DNA of 59,678 bases from Perkinsus chesapeaki ATCC PRA-425. Its lineage: Eukaryota > Protista > Perkinsozoa. Under the pieces are notes generated by a model. It saw only the letters and a list, made by a program, of their open reading frames with translations. It had not been told where the DNA came from and did not search any database. Positions 1 through 11,550 of this stretch are shown piece after piece. The stretch lies in assembly GCA_013115145.1 (NCBI GenBank), contig JAAPAO010000161.1, positions 1 through 59,678 of the forward strand. Direction: 5' to 3'. The position numbers were made by a program, and so were the translations under genes. Each line of letters begins with the position of its first letter. The stretch's first letter is position 1.

Positions 1-129
1 GAAGACTGGTTATAACGCCAGCGGTCCAGAAGACAGGTTATAACGACAGCGGTCCAGAAGACTGGTTATAACGCCAGCGGTCCAGAAGACAGGTTATAAC
101 GACAGCGGTCCAGAAGACTGGTTATAACG
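1..129. repeat. Minisatellite, 28-bp unit, about 4.6 copies, two alternating variants (56-bp higher-order unit); may continue left of the window
   Basis: GAAGACTGGTTATAACGCCAGCGGTCCA at 1 and 57; GAAGACAGGTTATAACGACAGCGGTCCA at 29 and 85; partial copy 113-129. Confidence 0.97.
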
Positions 130-133
130 TTAC

Positions 134-1250
134 CAAGTCTTGCCGCCTCTCGCATGATAATGCTGGGAAGGAGTCGACAGCACAACCAAGTTTGCAAGTT
201 GCTCTCCTCTCGCATTCAACACCGAACTCTCGGGCGTTGGGGGACATCAGAGGACCAGTTATAGCACCAAAACTAAGGCAGCAGCAGCGGTAGGCAGCAC
301 GCGAACGAGCTAATCCTCATTACATAAGAAGATATAGTATTAGTCGACATATCCTGGTGACCCCCCTCAGCTTGAAGGTAGGTGGGAGGCTGAGAACACC
401 ATAGAGCTCTTTGCTTTGTTAGCATTCTCCACCAGTGGTCTTACTTCCGATCATTCTGCCAGGATTTGAGAACAACATTATTGGCTCGTAGATGTGTGAT
501 GAGTTTCCTAGCTACTGGTGGATCGGATCTTAGGAAATCGTATGCCCACATTACCAAGGGCAAACACTATACACCGAGGGCGAATAGGAAAAAGCTAAAA
601 ATTGGAGAACCCGGGCATCGATCCCGGTGCCTCTCGCTTGCTAAGCGAGCGCTCTACCATTTGAGCTAGTCCCCCGTGTGGAATTACTCGACCTGAATCT
701 TGGTTGCCCGGTCGCAATGACCATAAAACTCGACCATACAGGCTCTTCATTCAAATCTCATATGCGTGTTGCTGGCATCTACCTCCGCATGTATCACGCA
801 TTACAACTCCAAGCAATCCTTCACACGAGGAGTGGACGAGCCGCCCTCCGTAGAGAGGATGATGGTGAATGTTACCATGATGGCTGTGTGGTTGATGAGC
901 TAAAGCGTTGGCAGCCGTAGCGTAGTCGATGGCCTGCCACAGACAGAGAGGGTCCCCAGCGGCAATGGATTCGAGAGGAAGAGAGCAGTTCTCTAAAGTC
1001 TAGCGTCCTGACCTGCCGCGTTGCATTGAGGGCCTCTTTGGCCCACAACTTGGCTGCCAGAACAACCTCGTTATCGACGTCTCCCAACTCCGAATTGTAA
1101 TCGGTGAGTAACAGCTCATGCATCATCTTCACCATCTTCTTCTTCCCCCAGTGCTTGTATACATTCCGCCCAACGCCTGTTACATGGGAACTAGACGGGC
1201 CAAGCATACTGCGGCGCCGAAAGGGCGGCGCCGGACAGTTGCATGAGTGG
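134..1250 (-). CDS. Multi-exon hypothetical protein, incomplete, continuing off the left edge; weak resemblance to core-2/I-branching glycosyltransferases (GT14)
   Basis: Exon-like frames KHWGKKKMVKMMHELL (ORF 872-1207), IHHHPLYGGRLVHSS and CLPLVMWAYDFLRSD with GT-AG-like flanks. Exon phases could not be fully reconciled. Confidence 0.3.
603..675 (-). tRNA. tRNA-Ala (AGC)
   Basis: GGGGGACTAGCTCAAATGGTAGAGCGCTCGCTTAGCAAGCGAGAGGCACCGGGATCGATGCCCGGGTTCTCCA; complete cloverleaf, AGC anticodon, G3:U70 Ala identity pair. Confidence 0.97.
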
Positions 1251-1665
1251 TGTGGTTTGCGAGTGCCAGTGAAGTTTTCATCGTTGTTGCACTAAGCTTG
1301 CCTACGGCTTACCGGCTGGATGGGTATCGAGATATCTAGGTCCACCATAGTGTCTCTTCAGTCTGCTGCAGATGATCTAAATCGACGCAAAAAGCTGCCA
1401 GCTTACGAATGCGTCCTAAATCGTCTGACTCCAGCGAATACACTAGCTGCGTGTTCCCCCGTCCCCAATGAGACTAGATCCGCATCTGATGTCCGAACAT
1501 ATAGTAAGCGAATTATCAAACGTACGACTTTGCTCAGTGTGAGGGAGTGAGTGGTAAGTCTCCAACGTATGATGTGCCGGGACGCCCATCTTATGAATAT
1601 AAAGTGTCACTAAGACTGACCGGCACCGAGCGCAACAAACGCTCGACAGATACAGCTGTACGGCA

Positions 1666-4631
1666 TCACAAATGAGCATGTTCCAAAGGTATCAGTTCAC
1701 TGCCGCTTGGCAGGCATGGGCCGGCGGTGTCATCCTCTTCAACAGAGATAGTGCTCCTGTCCTTGCTGGCCATGCCCAATGTAGCCAATAATGGAATTAT
1801 GTTGCAGATGGTACACAGAACTATTAATGAGCTCAAATTGGTGAAGTTCGTCGATGTAACCCCTAGAACCTAATGAGTTCACAGTAAGGCTGCGCTGGCA
1901 ATGCGACTTAGATATCTTGAATATGGCGGAAGGGAAACATCCCTCCCCTCGCCCGCTGTTGAGTGTCCGACCGTAAAGTTTCGTAGCATAGAACTAAAAT
2001 ATACAGCGAGCAAGCGTAAGTAAATCGATCAACCGTTTCATGCCTAGGTGCAAAGATGCCGGCGCGCGATAATTTACGGAAAATATACTGCAACGAGGAC
2101 TTGCTACACTCAAGTGTCCGACTGGGGCGTGAGAACGGTATGGAACACAGGTTTCGAGTCGAATTTTCCACAGGGACAGTAAGTTTATAGTGCCCTGCTG
2201 CGAGCAGTGATTTCGAAGGCACTCCGCTTGGGGTAACTGTAGCCGATAGGCCACAGGGGGTACTCACATTAGTGACTTCCGAAGACACAACCGAGCTCGC
2301 CAAGTTGAGTGCTTCAATACCGGATGAGAACAGTGCGAAGTATACACCAGCGCCTTCCCTTGGCGCAGACTTTGCTAGCTGTGTGGTGATGGGCAAATAC
2401 GTTAACACGGTCCCCGACTCCAGCAACACGTGCCTGTAGTCGAAGCAATGCTTGGTGAAATAGCGAGTTGGGCACCTTATGAGGGCAACGCGAATCGGGC
2501 TGAAATAGCCGTGGAACGATGGAAGGCTGAGCAAGAGGCTCGAAGCGGCCACAGGCACCGATGCCCATGTCACCGTTTTCATCTGGAAATGACTATGATC
2601 GACAAATCCCTGCGTGAAACTGCTCAGAGATGACATTGTATTTACGCGAGATGCTTAGTTCTTAACATATTTCTCCGACAACACGGTGGTGTATTTTATA
2701 CCGCGACATTATGCTGCAATTGTAGTTCTCACGCAATATGTCACATAGGTACTAAATCTACATCAGCGCTTTTACGCTACACGACTCCCACGAATTGATG
2801 CAGCCGAGAAGTAGTGCAAGGCTTGCAAAGTGCTGCAAGCTGGAAGGGAAATGCGCCTACTGTAGCTGTAAGCTTCCTTACTATTTGTTCTGCTGTATAT
2901 CTATGTGAGAGATATTTCTTATATAAGACTGCTGCTCCTACTGATGCCAGTGACCCACACACTTGGAGCCTGCCCATAACCTCTGGGGTGAAATCCAGAG
3001 AGGGTGAGGTCTAAAAGTGAAAGCAACTTCCATTGGGAACGAAAATAGTAACGAGTGATAGTGACCAGCAACATCAGGTGTTCCAAAAAGGAATGTGTTT
3101 GATATTCCCTTGTGTTCTATAGTAGCTTTGTTTCAATCACAATTTCCATTGTATGTACACTCTTTCCGAAAGCCTCAAGTATGACGTCACATGGGTCCCT
3201 GATAGTTAATACACTGTACTCTGTCATTGTACAGTACTTCTGCCCTGTCACATCGTGGAACCCATCCATGGCATAAAGTTGATATTGAGTGTGGGAATAT
3301 ATCCGTATATCATTCGCTGTATTGGCCAAACGGAGCTTGACAGTGAATTACAAAATAACCTCTCAGACAGAATGCGGATAAAGGAATGTATCATTATGAT
3401 ACATTTTTTAGAAATGCTGTAGAAATTTATCATGGTATTATACGCCCCATCATACTATTTTTGCAAAAGTTGTGCACAGCTCACTTTCAAGGCCGCGCAG
3501 AACTTTTGCTAGAACTGTGTGAAGGGGTATATATTTCTCAGTTAAGCCTTCTCCTCAAGTGCACCGTGAAGCACCTTACATAGTAGTAGAACAGAGCCGT
3601 GCCGTATGATGGCATCAGTATCGTAGCCGCCAATAGTTGCAACGGTCCACTTAGTGGGGAACATCCTTCCAATACTGATTCAAGAGATGTCGATATAGCT
3701 GCTGTCGTCCGCTGATGCTCATGGTGGACGACCGGCTGCTCGTCAATCAACAGGGCAGCGCCTGCCAAGAGGAGCGGTCCTGCAGCGGCAAGCTGCATGA
3801 GGCTTTGGCTGCTAAGAACATGGAGCAAGGCACCGGAGAGGTAGGATACCTGAGCACCACATATCCGACGAACCAACGGCTACTGCGAGAAAGTATTCTT
3901 ACCGATAGGGCTCCTCCGGTGGTCAAGATTGACATGTCTGATATCAAATGGGCTCCGTCCACACCAGGACGCTTGCTCTCCTCCAACTGAAAAGCCCATA
4001 GATTACCGCTAAATGCTGACTTGTAGAGTAATAGTCTACAGCTTACCATAAGAGTGTCCTTGACAGTGCCCACAATAGCACTAGCGGTGGACATAGCAAC
4101 CACTATCAATGCAATTGGTACAAAGCCAGCTGCTGATGGCAGGTGAGCCAAGGCCACCAAGCCCATACTGTGGGCCAATGAACCGAGAGCCTGACCAGGA
4201 CAGCATCGACAAAATCACAAAGCTCGCAAGCTGCGTAGGAAAGCTTACAATATAAGGCTTGCGACGGTAACCGAACATGGGCAGGGCATCTGATGCCACT
4301 GCAACTGCTGGCTTAAATAACATTGGAATCGAAGCGATTGCTCCCAGTAGGGCTAAAAGGGATAATTTCGACCCCTAGTCATTAACAGCTTACCAGTTTC
4401 CGCTGGATGGAGATGCATAACATCTTTAAGGAGGAATGGTACGGCAAGTGTTGTTATAGAGCCAAGACCGGTGACAAGCGCGGAGAGGTGAAGGTACTTA
4501 TGAGCGGGCAAAGGCCGAAGCCGAGTGACGGACGATACATCGAGCCAGGTTCTTTGGGGACTGTCAGGGCGGCGCTGTGGTCCACGTTTGGTAGGCGATT
4601 CTGAATTCATATGAGTTACATTGCTGCTCAC
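1666..4631 (-). CDS. Folate/biopterin transporter (BT1/FBT family, MFS), multi-exon
   Basis: Joined exons give IPMLFKPAVAVASDALPMFGYRRKPYI, MPSYGTALFYYY, DFTPEVMGRLQVCGSLASVGAAVLYKKYL, LPITTQLAKSAPREGAGVYFALFSS and VTSTNFTNLSSLIVLCTICNIIPLL; TGA at 1666-1668. Confidence 0.88.
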
Positions 4632-5454
4632 ACACTAAACTGTTAGCTAGCAGATTGCTCGAGTAGAGACCCGTCCATCTTTGGGGTGAGGTGAAATTTT
4701 GTCGGTATTCGACCAAACCGAAGAGTCAGTGAAAATACCTTCTCTATGGGAACCACTGATCAGCAATCCAGCAGTAAGTGGGTCACCGTGGGAGAGCGCC
4801 TGCCTCAGCTGCTGCCTCACCAAGGCTCACTATTCACTTTACCATCTCTCACCTCTATCCGAAGGCTCTCGTCCTATGCAGCCTCCCAGGGCAAGGACAT
4901 CTAAGTGCAGCAGCTTGATCCTCTCAAATAGCCTTACCGATCTAGTATGAACTCTAGCTGGCTCACGCAGACCAATGAAGACGAAGTCGTGACTACTAAT
5001 AAGTATCTCGGTATAAAGGCTCTACAGGGTCTACAGCTCCTCAATGCTCCAAGTGTTGCTATCAGTAGATTTTGCCAGTATTATCATCTTCGTATTCGCC
5101 CACGGCCACACAGAGAAGATACCGCCATTCAGAGAGCTAAGCGGTAAACTAATAAGCGTGGAGATACCAACTCAAATGAAAAAAACTCCAACCACGAGAG
5201 CACCATTCCTGGAAATTGCTTTAGCCAGTGAACGACACCACCGTCAAGGGCATCCATTTCGAAACACAAAGTATTGAGCGATCTCGGAGTGATTAAAGTC
5301 ACCTGCGACGTCTTGAAACACCCTTCACTTGTCGAGGCAGCACATACAGCGCCCACCTGGTGGCACTCTTTACGCCATGAAGTTTACGGGGGAACCAACT
5401 TGTAACGCAACCACACATTTAACCTTGAATGACACTTAAGCTATGACAAAGTAA

Positions 5455-6337
5455 TCAATTAGGTGTATCATCGGTCATCTCTTTGGTCACACCAAACCCG
5501 CTGCCCCTATGTGATAGGCTTACCCTCGGTGGTGTGGCCCCCTCACCAGGGCTGTACTTCTCTATTAAAGAGCTGACTCCACTGTGAGCCTTCTTCCGCG
5601 GCGTTGAGTTCTCAGTGATGACAGAGTTCTCTTTGCCCTTCTTATATTTCCCTTGTAATCTATGTTTAAGCTGTCGGCACTCATCGCGTGTCATCTTAAG
5701 TTCATTTTCCAGCCGAGATATCGTAGCGGCTTGCATTCGTACCTGATTAAACAAGAGGTAGAAAAACAACGCTATACTGTCCACGTAATGGACCAAAGTG
5801 TCCTAGCAATGACTCTTCGAGCTACATCTGTGGAATATCCATTGACTCGTGAAATACGTGCTTTCAGTTCGCTTTTTTAAACACCTTACAGGAAGGGAGT
5901 ACACTTTATTCAATTACGGAACTTCGCCTCGATCTCCCCGCGAGTAGAACTGCGTGCGTTGCGCCCAGCCAAGGTTCCTGTATTTTCACTGTAATTTTTT
6001 CAATAGCATCTTACCAGCTCGCCCATTTCCTCAGTAAGAGTCGCCACTCTTCCTTCTTTCTTGCACTTTTGCTTCAGCAAATCATTTTCTGTCTTCAATA
6101 GGTACAATTCCGACTCTAACTGACAACACAGACCACACTCCACTGCAAGCTCATGTATATTCTATAGCTCCTCCTCACATCTGGATCGGCATGAGTGGGA
6201 TAATCAACACTCGCTACTTCTCGTCTTGATTCTTCTTCTACTTTGGGCTGCTGCGGCAAATGTCTGTCAGCAAGTTCGATGAGCCTTTCAAGCCGTTCTG
6301 CAACACTGCGAGCTTCCGCGACTGTATCGTTGGACAT
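5455..6337 (-). CDS. Multi-exon coiled-coil hypothetical protein (3' end uncertain)
   Basis: Exons MSNDTVAEARSVAERLERLIEL, LKTENDLLKQKCKKEGRVATLTEEMGEL and MQAATISRLENELKMTRDECRQLKHRL separated by GT-AG introns. Confidence 0.55.
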
Positions 6338-6858
6338 AATAATACGACCAAAAATGGTCTGTCACATCTTTATTCCTACCGTCAACGAAAGACCATCAGA
6401 TTCATTCCTCAACCGACTACAGCGAGAGGGAGCAACAAACGACAGACATGCCAGGAGGCCTCCGGAAAGATCTTCTCAGCCGCGTGTCACAGAAGAACAC
6501 CAATTGACGAGCCATGGATTTCAGGTTTCCTTTGTCACTACATAAACTTGGACAAGTACCTGGAAAATCTTGTACTTCTTATCACCAGGTTTCTAGTAAC
6601 TTACCACTACTAACGCATAGGCTCACACACATTCGGCGCTACCGCAGTGTCGTAAGAACACAGACCCGCCAGTGACCAGATGAAGCTTTCGTATCGCCCA
6701 TTAACTCGACTCAACAAAAACAAGCCTGTTAAGATGGAATTAAAAACGAATAGGAGTAAATCCAGAGCAGCAGCAGCAGCAGCATCGATCTTCGATACAT
6801 AGTTTACAGCGGGGCTTACGTTATACGAACACACTGCCCGCATTAGGGTACCAAACAA

Positions 6859-8025
6859 CTATAGCGACGAGTCGTCCAAATTGTTATTTCTTCGTCCACC
6901 GTCTCCCTTGTAGACATGGAAAGCGTATAGTTCGCAACTCGCAGGGAGGGGTGCTCCGTCATGCCATTCCCGATTAGGTGACTTCCACGAACTGCCCTCG
7001 GATGGCCAGCCACTAAAGGCTGCTTTCTTTTCGGCCATAACATAAACAACATCGCTAACACCAGTAACAATCTGCTTAATGTCAATAGAGCCAATACCCT
7101 TCATGGCGCACCCAACAAAGTGACCTTCACGATCCACAACCATAAGCCAGTGGGACTTCATACCAGCTGAACTCGGTGTTATCGACAAACGTTCACCGAG
7201 TGCGCCGATCCACGAATCACCAATGAAACCGACATATTGCGCTTCTAGATTTTGCAGCCGGCCGTCTAGCTCGGGGAGCCTGGTCATGGTACACCTCGTA
7301 ACAGTCGGGGAATCGTCCGAACTGAACCTCAGAACAGCCAGACGGAACCCATCGGCTCTGGCACGGAACAGAATATCGATAATTGCTTCATCGGTCGAAC
7401 GACACTTGAGACTGGGAGAGCAGCTCACATTGGCGGCGACAGCGTGAGACCAGACCATACGAGCCAACGCACCACCACCGATGCCGTCCACTTTAATGCA
7501 GTAAACTTCAAGATTCGCCTTTTGGGTGAAAATACAATAAAGGTATCCGCGAGAGAAAGCGATAACGCCATTTGTGAGACCGTTGGGAATCCCTTTGATG
7601 GCCAGGACACTCGGCGGTCTGGTTTTATCACCAATATAATGTATCATAAGTCTACTATTGCCATCATATAAAACCATAAGCCTGTCACCATCAGCATCAT
7701 AGGCAAAGACACTCCCTCGAGGATCGCAGCCCGGCTCCAGGAGAACAGAGTCATCACCGCCGCCATCCACAACGGGCCACAGAGCGAGGTCGTTCCAGTT
7801 GGCATGGACCCCAACAACTACGCCCTTTCTTGTGAGCAAATACTTGGGCTGAGACGACAGTGTAATACGCTCCTTGGGGCAGTTGAGGGAGTATCCAACC
7901 GAAGGCATATAGTCACGGATGCAGGACTCGAGCTCAGCGATGGGACCGTTTGTCTTGGGATTACGACCCCAAAGATACTCCACCAGCTTCAACTCGAGAC
8001 TGACAACTTGGGCGTCGCTCTTCAT
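6859..8025 (-). CDS. Single-exon 388-aa hypothetical protein, beta-strand rich (possible propeller), lineage-specific type
   Basis: Uninterrupted ATG-initiated ORF; no recognisable catalytic motif. Confidence 0.7.
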   Translation of the reverse strand: MKSDAQVVSLELKLVEYLWGRNPKTNGPIAELESCIRDYMPSVGYSLNCPKERITLSSQPKYLLTRKGVVVGVHANWNDLALWPVVDGGGDDSVLLEPGCDPRGSVFAYDADGDRLMVLYDGNSRLMIHYIGDKTRPPSVLAIKGIPNGLTNGVIAFSRGYLYCIFTQKANLEVYCIKVDGIGGGALARMVWSHAVAANVSCSPSLKCRSTDEAIIDILFRARADGFRLAVLRFSSDDSPTVTRCTMTRLPELDGRLQNLEAQYVGFIGDSWIGALGERLSITPSSAGMKSHWLMVVDREGHFVGCAMKGIGSIDIKQIVTGVSDVVYVMAEKKAAFSGWPSEGSSWKSPNREWHDGAPLPASCELYAFHVYKGDGGRRNNNLDDSSL

Positions 8026-8491
8026 TGTAAATAATAGAAGAGGAACTTGGAGGGATAAAAATTAGAAATATGAAGACGGTGATAAAGAGGTTGACGATTC
8101 AACAAATGATCACCGTGCATCTATACCTCCCAGAATAAATTCTGTCGAGAAAGACATCAATTCAACGGTAAATTTCGCATCAATTTGAGCGACCCATACG
8201 TATATATTGTAGCTTTGAGTAAGTATCAAGAGAAGCTCATTCAAGAAAGACAAAGAGATTTGTTAGATAAGCATGATAGCAACTCACGAGATGTATAATT
8301 CCTGCGACTATAAGCTAAGGAAATACTAGGTATTGGTATATAATGGATATAAAACTAATCAAGCTTGAAAATAAGATATATAACGTATAATGGTAGTCTA
8401 CCACACGACCTCGACCCTCGTTGTTAAACTCAACTCTTACTGTATCTTAGACCATACCAATAATACATAACAAAAATGTGATAGTATCCCC

Positions 8492-11296
8492 TCAATGAGA
8501 TCGTCCCCTAGTAACCTCGGCTTTGGTCATAGGTTCGAAATCATACCCATCAGTTCTCACAACATTAGCAACTTGTGGTGCGGCTGGAGGCACTGACGGA
8601 TTAGACTTCACTTTGATAGAAGGTGGCGTCATGACCAGATCAAATATAGGGTCTCGGAGGATCTTAGCCTGACGCTGCTGCGCCTCAGGGGCTATCTGCG
8701 CCGGATACCGACGAGACAGTCCAGCTAGCTTCTCAGATTCCTTTTCATTTTCACTTCTATGTTCCCTATGATGATACCGATAATCAGAACTGTTAGGATC
8801 TATATTGGAAGGCGCAGCCGACTGTAGCATTATACACGTGGAAAACTTCTGGTCGTACCTTACAACGATTATAGATGGGCGAAAAAGTCACGACAAGGCA
8901 TATTCCCTAAATTACCGGGTATCCCCGCAGGTCCCATGATTTATAATGACACTATCTTTGAAGTCGTAATGAAGAATAACCCCCACGTACACATTTGCTC
9001 ATACAAACGATTATATACGCGCGAAAAAATCCGACGGAAATCGCTTTGCAGCATCTCACCGAGATGTAACTGATGCTAAGGTTAGAGTCTCAGCTGTGAC
9101 CTCCGCCAATGGCGACTGGTAAGACCGCGATGCATCATGAAAGACATGAGTGCAAACCTAAAAAATACAATAGAAATGCCTCCTGCCGGAATCGAACCCA
9201 CGACCTACTGCATGCATTGCTATACTAGGCAGTGCCGGTATAGTCATCCCATCAGGATTCCGAGTTGCCGCCAAAAATGCATCTGCCGAAGATGCCCCAG
9301 CCGCCACTGGTTGCTGGATCTGCAATAAACGGGAATATAAAAAGCGCTCGCCCAGTCGATCGATTATTACCTGCCCCTGTTTGTGCATGAGAACTACCGC
9401 GGCAGCTTTGGAGGCGGTATCCGGTGGTGCGGCCAACAATGAGGACTTCAATAATAGTGATGGGGCGATAGGGGGCTCTAAGAAAAATCATCATACTTCC
9501 AAACATTGTAACTCAAACCGAGCTCTTTCGCGAAGATATCTTTTGGAACGATATTAGCTAACCCTAGCAGCTGCATAGATTTAAATATAATTAACAGTAC
9601 GAACACTCCTACCAGCTACTGTTGCTTATCAACTTCTATAAACAGCTAGCCGTCAATAAAAGAGTGTCTCAGCTGGACATAACTCATACTCCCTCGAAGT
9701 TCAAGAGCCCAAAGCCCCGTCAGTAATGGGGAAACTGCGCCAGCGGACAATGCCTGCGCCCTAAAGCTGCTAAGCCAGACAGGTTCGTAACCGTACATGC
9801 CGGTCCCAGTGGCATTACCTTGACCATTAGCGCTGCTCGATTGCCCCATATGTGCACCTGGCATCATTGGTATGGTCGGCTCCGGTGGCAGAACCTCTGT
9901 AGTGCCGAACTCGGCCGCCTCCTCCTCAGTTAACTTCAATTGCGGGGCAACCTAACGACACAATCTCCATCAGACATGCTAACAGGTCAGGAATGTGATA
10001 AGTAACCAACTCTCCTTAAGATTATAATAAGACAATGCTGGAAATGCTATCAACCCCAGAATGGCGAACAACGCCTTGCGCCGTGGTGCCGACTAATATC
10101 TTCACAAAGAAAGCACTTCACAAGATCCCGCTGGAAATAGCCAAATCAGCTGGAAAGTGTGGTAACGGAATGATCTTTGCCTATTAGTCCAAGCCTGGCT
10201 GTCTCAGCTCGCCCTCCTTCTTATTACTACCTCCAATGGCTGCGGTATATATGGCCGGTAGTTGGATAAATCAATATAATTAAGTATGGTGCCATCATCA
10301 TCATGTGTTACTGGTTGCTCTGAGGCATACTTCATCTCACCGTCTACATCGAATGCATATTGATGGAATCCTCGAGGAATCTCTACTATCTAACATAAAA
10401 CAACAAATTCATGCTTCAACTTAAGATACACTTCTTTCCCATAGAATTAACCCAAGACGCCTTCCCCTCTATAATGGCAATTTAAGTTCAACCTAAGATA
10501 CTTTTCGATGTTATCCGGTAACTGCCTAAATCGGCCCCTTTTCACTGTCGCTACTACCTGATAGAACTCCTGTCCACTTCTAACCATCGGCAAATGAGTC
10601 TGCCAACTATTAAATGTTCCCACCAAAGATACCCTATGACCATCACCATTCCATCGAAACATAACCGGCACTCGAGGCCTCTCTGGAAAACTGCTAACTC
10701 CTGCTCCTGCTGCAGCACCACCGCCCACTGGTGGCGGTGGTGGAGTAGGTAAAGCAGAGGAATCCACATTAGCAGGGACATGAGCTAGGTCACCACTCGG
10801 TCGGGGCAATGACGGTGTACTCGGCCTGATATAATAAAACTGTATATACTATGAACCTCAGCAATCTTTACTAATCATTATATTCCCCATTATCACAAGT
10901 CGCCTATGAATCCAATTCCCCTTTACATTCTGGAAGCCACTTTAATTTCGATAAATGCTCCATCATGTTATGATCTATAAGTCAACTACCACTGAGACCA
11001 TCATTGATCTCCTCATGTACACACAATCCTGAGAATCTATTTCCGGCTGTTAACCCCCGAAATATGTACCCATGCCCGGGATCGAACCCACGCCCCTCTC
11101 TTCCTCCTCACCTAGGTCGCTGATGATGATGATGCTGCTGTTGTGGTGGTGGCCTTCCCCCTCTATGTTGTTGCCTTTGTTGTTGTAGCCTATTATTATG
11201 CATGATAGCATCATCACTTCTCGGTCTTGTTGCCGCTACTGTCCGCCCCGTCGCCGTATGACCGCCCTGTGATCGGCCCGAAGGATGGTTTCCCAT
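8492..11296 (-). CDS. AMPK/SNF1 kinase beta regulatory subunit (N-myristoylation site, CBM48 glycogen-binding domain, C-terminal ASC domain)
   Basis: MGNHPSG start at 11296; VPVMFRWNGDGHRVSLVGTFNSWQTHLPMVRSGQEFYQ|IVEIPRGFHQYAFDVDGEMKY; EPPIAPSLLLK; LPSIAMHA|VCTHVFHD; YDQKFSTCIML. Confidence 0.92.
9177..9211 (-). other. tRNA-Thr-like 3' fragment forming the 5' part of AMPK-beta intron 9158-9208
   Basis: GCA|GTAGGTCGTGGGTTCGATTCCGGCAGGAGGCA; 26/29 identical to the 3' end of the tRNA-Thr at 55465-55537; no D-arm or anticodon loop upstream. Confidence 0.85.
11065..11100 (-). other. Degenerate tRNA 3' fragment (isotype uncertain, Val-like end) in AMPK-beta intron 1 (10826-11111)
   Basis: GAGAGGGGCGTGGGTTCGATCCCGGGCATGGGTACA; B-box GGTTCGATCCC, starts 11 nt after the GT donor; T-stem imperfect. 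Confidence 0.6.
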
Positions 11297-11550
11297 ATCG
11301 GCCGAAACTACAGTAAATCCGCTCATCATCAGTTTTTCATCCCCAATGAAAACAACGTAGGTCAGATTGGAAATGAGACTTCATCAATTTCTGATATCAC
11401 TAGATTACACTCAGTAAGATACGCATTTTACAACACTCATCGCTCGCTTCTGTACCCACAAACACAATGCAACTTTCCCATTCAGAACTCCCCATTACAG
11501 TTCCTCCTCCCAGAAACCAAACAGTCGTTATACGAAACTGAAACTCTAAT

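Noticed and set aside
1-129. 28-bp repeats as a CRISPR array (likewise 28147-28292 and 49623-49804)
   Set aside because: The units are head-to-tail with no unique spacers, no cas genes are present, and the context is eukaryotic.
1908-2636. 242-aa ORF as an independent secreted protein
   Set aside because: Its N-terminal half is BT1 transporter exons (AKSAPREGAGVYFALFSS), and the rest reads through an intron starting GTGAGT near 2268.
8830-8960. VRPEVFHV as a Ty3/gypsy integrase tail
   Set aside because: The alternative frame YDQKFSTCIML is the expected last AMPK-beta exon; no RT, RNase H or integrase core is nearby.
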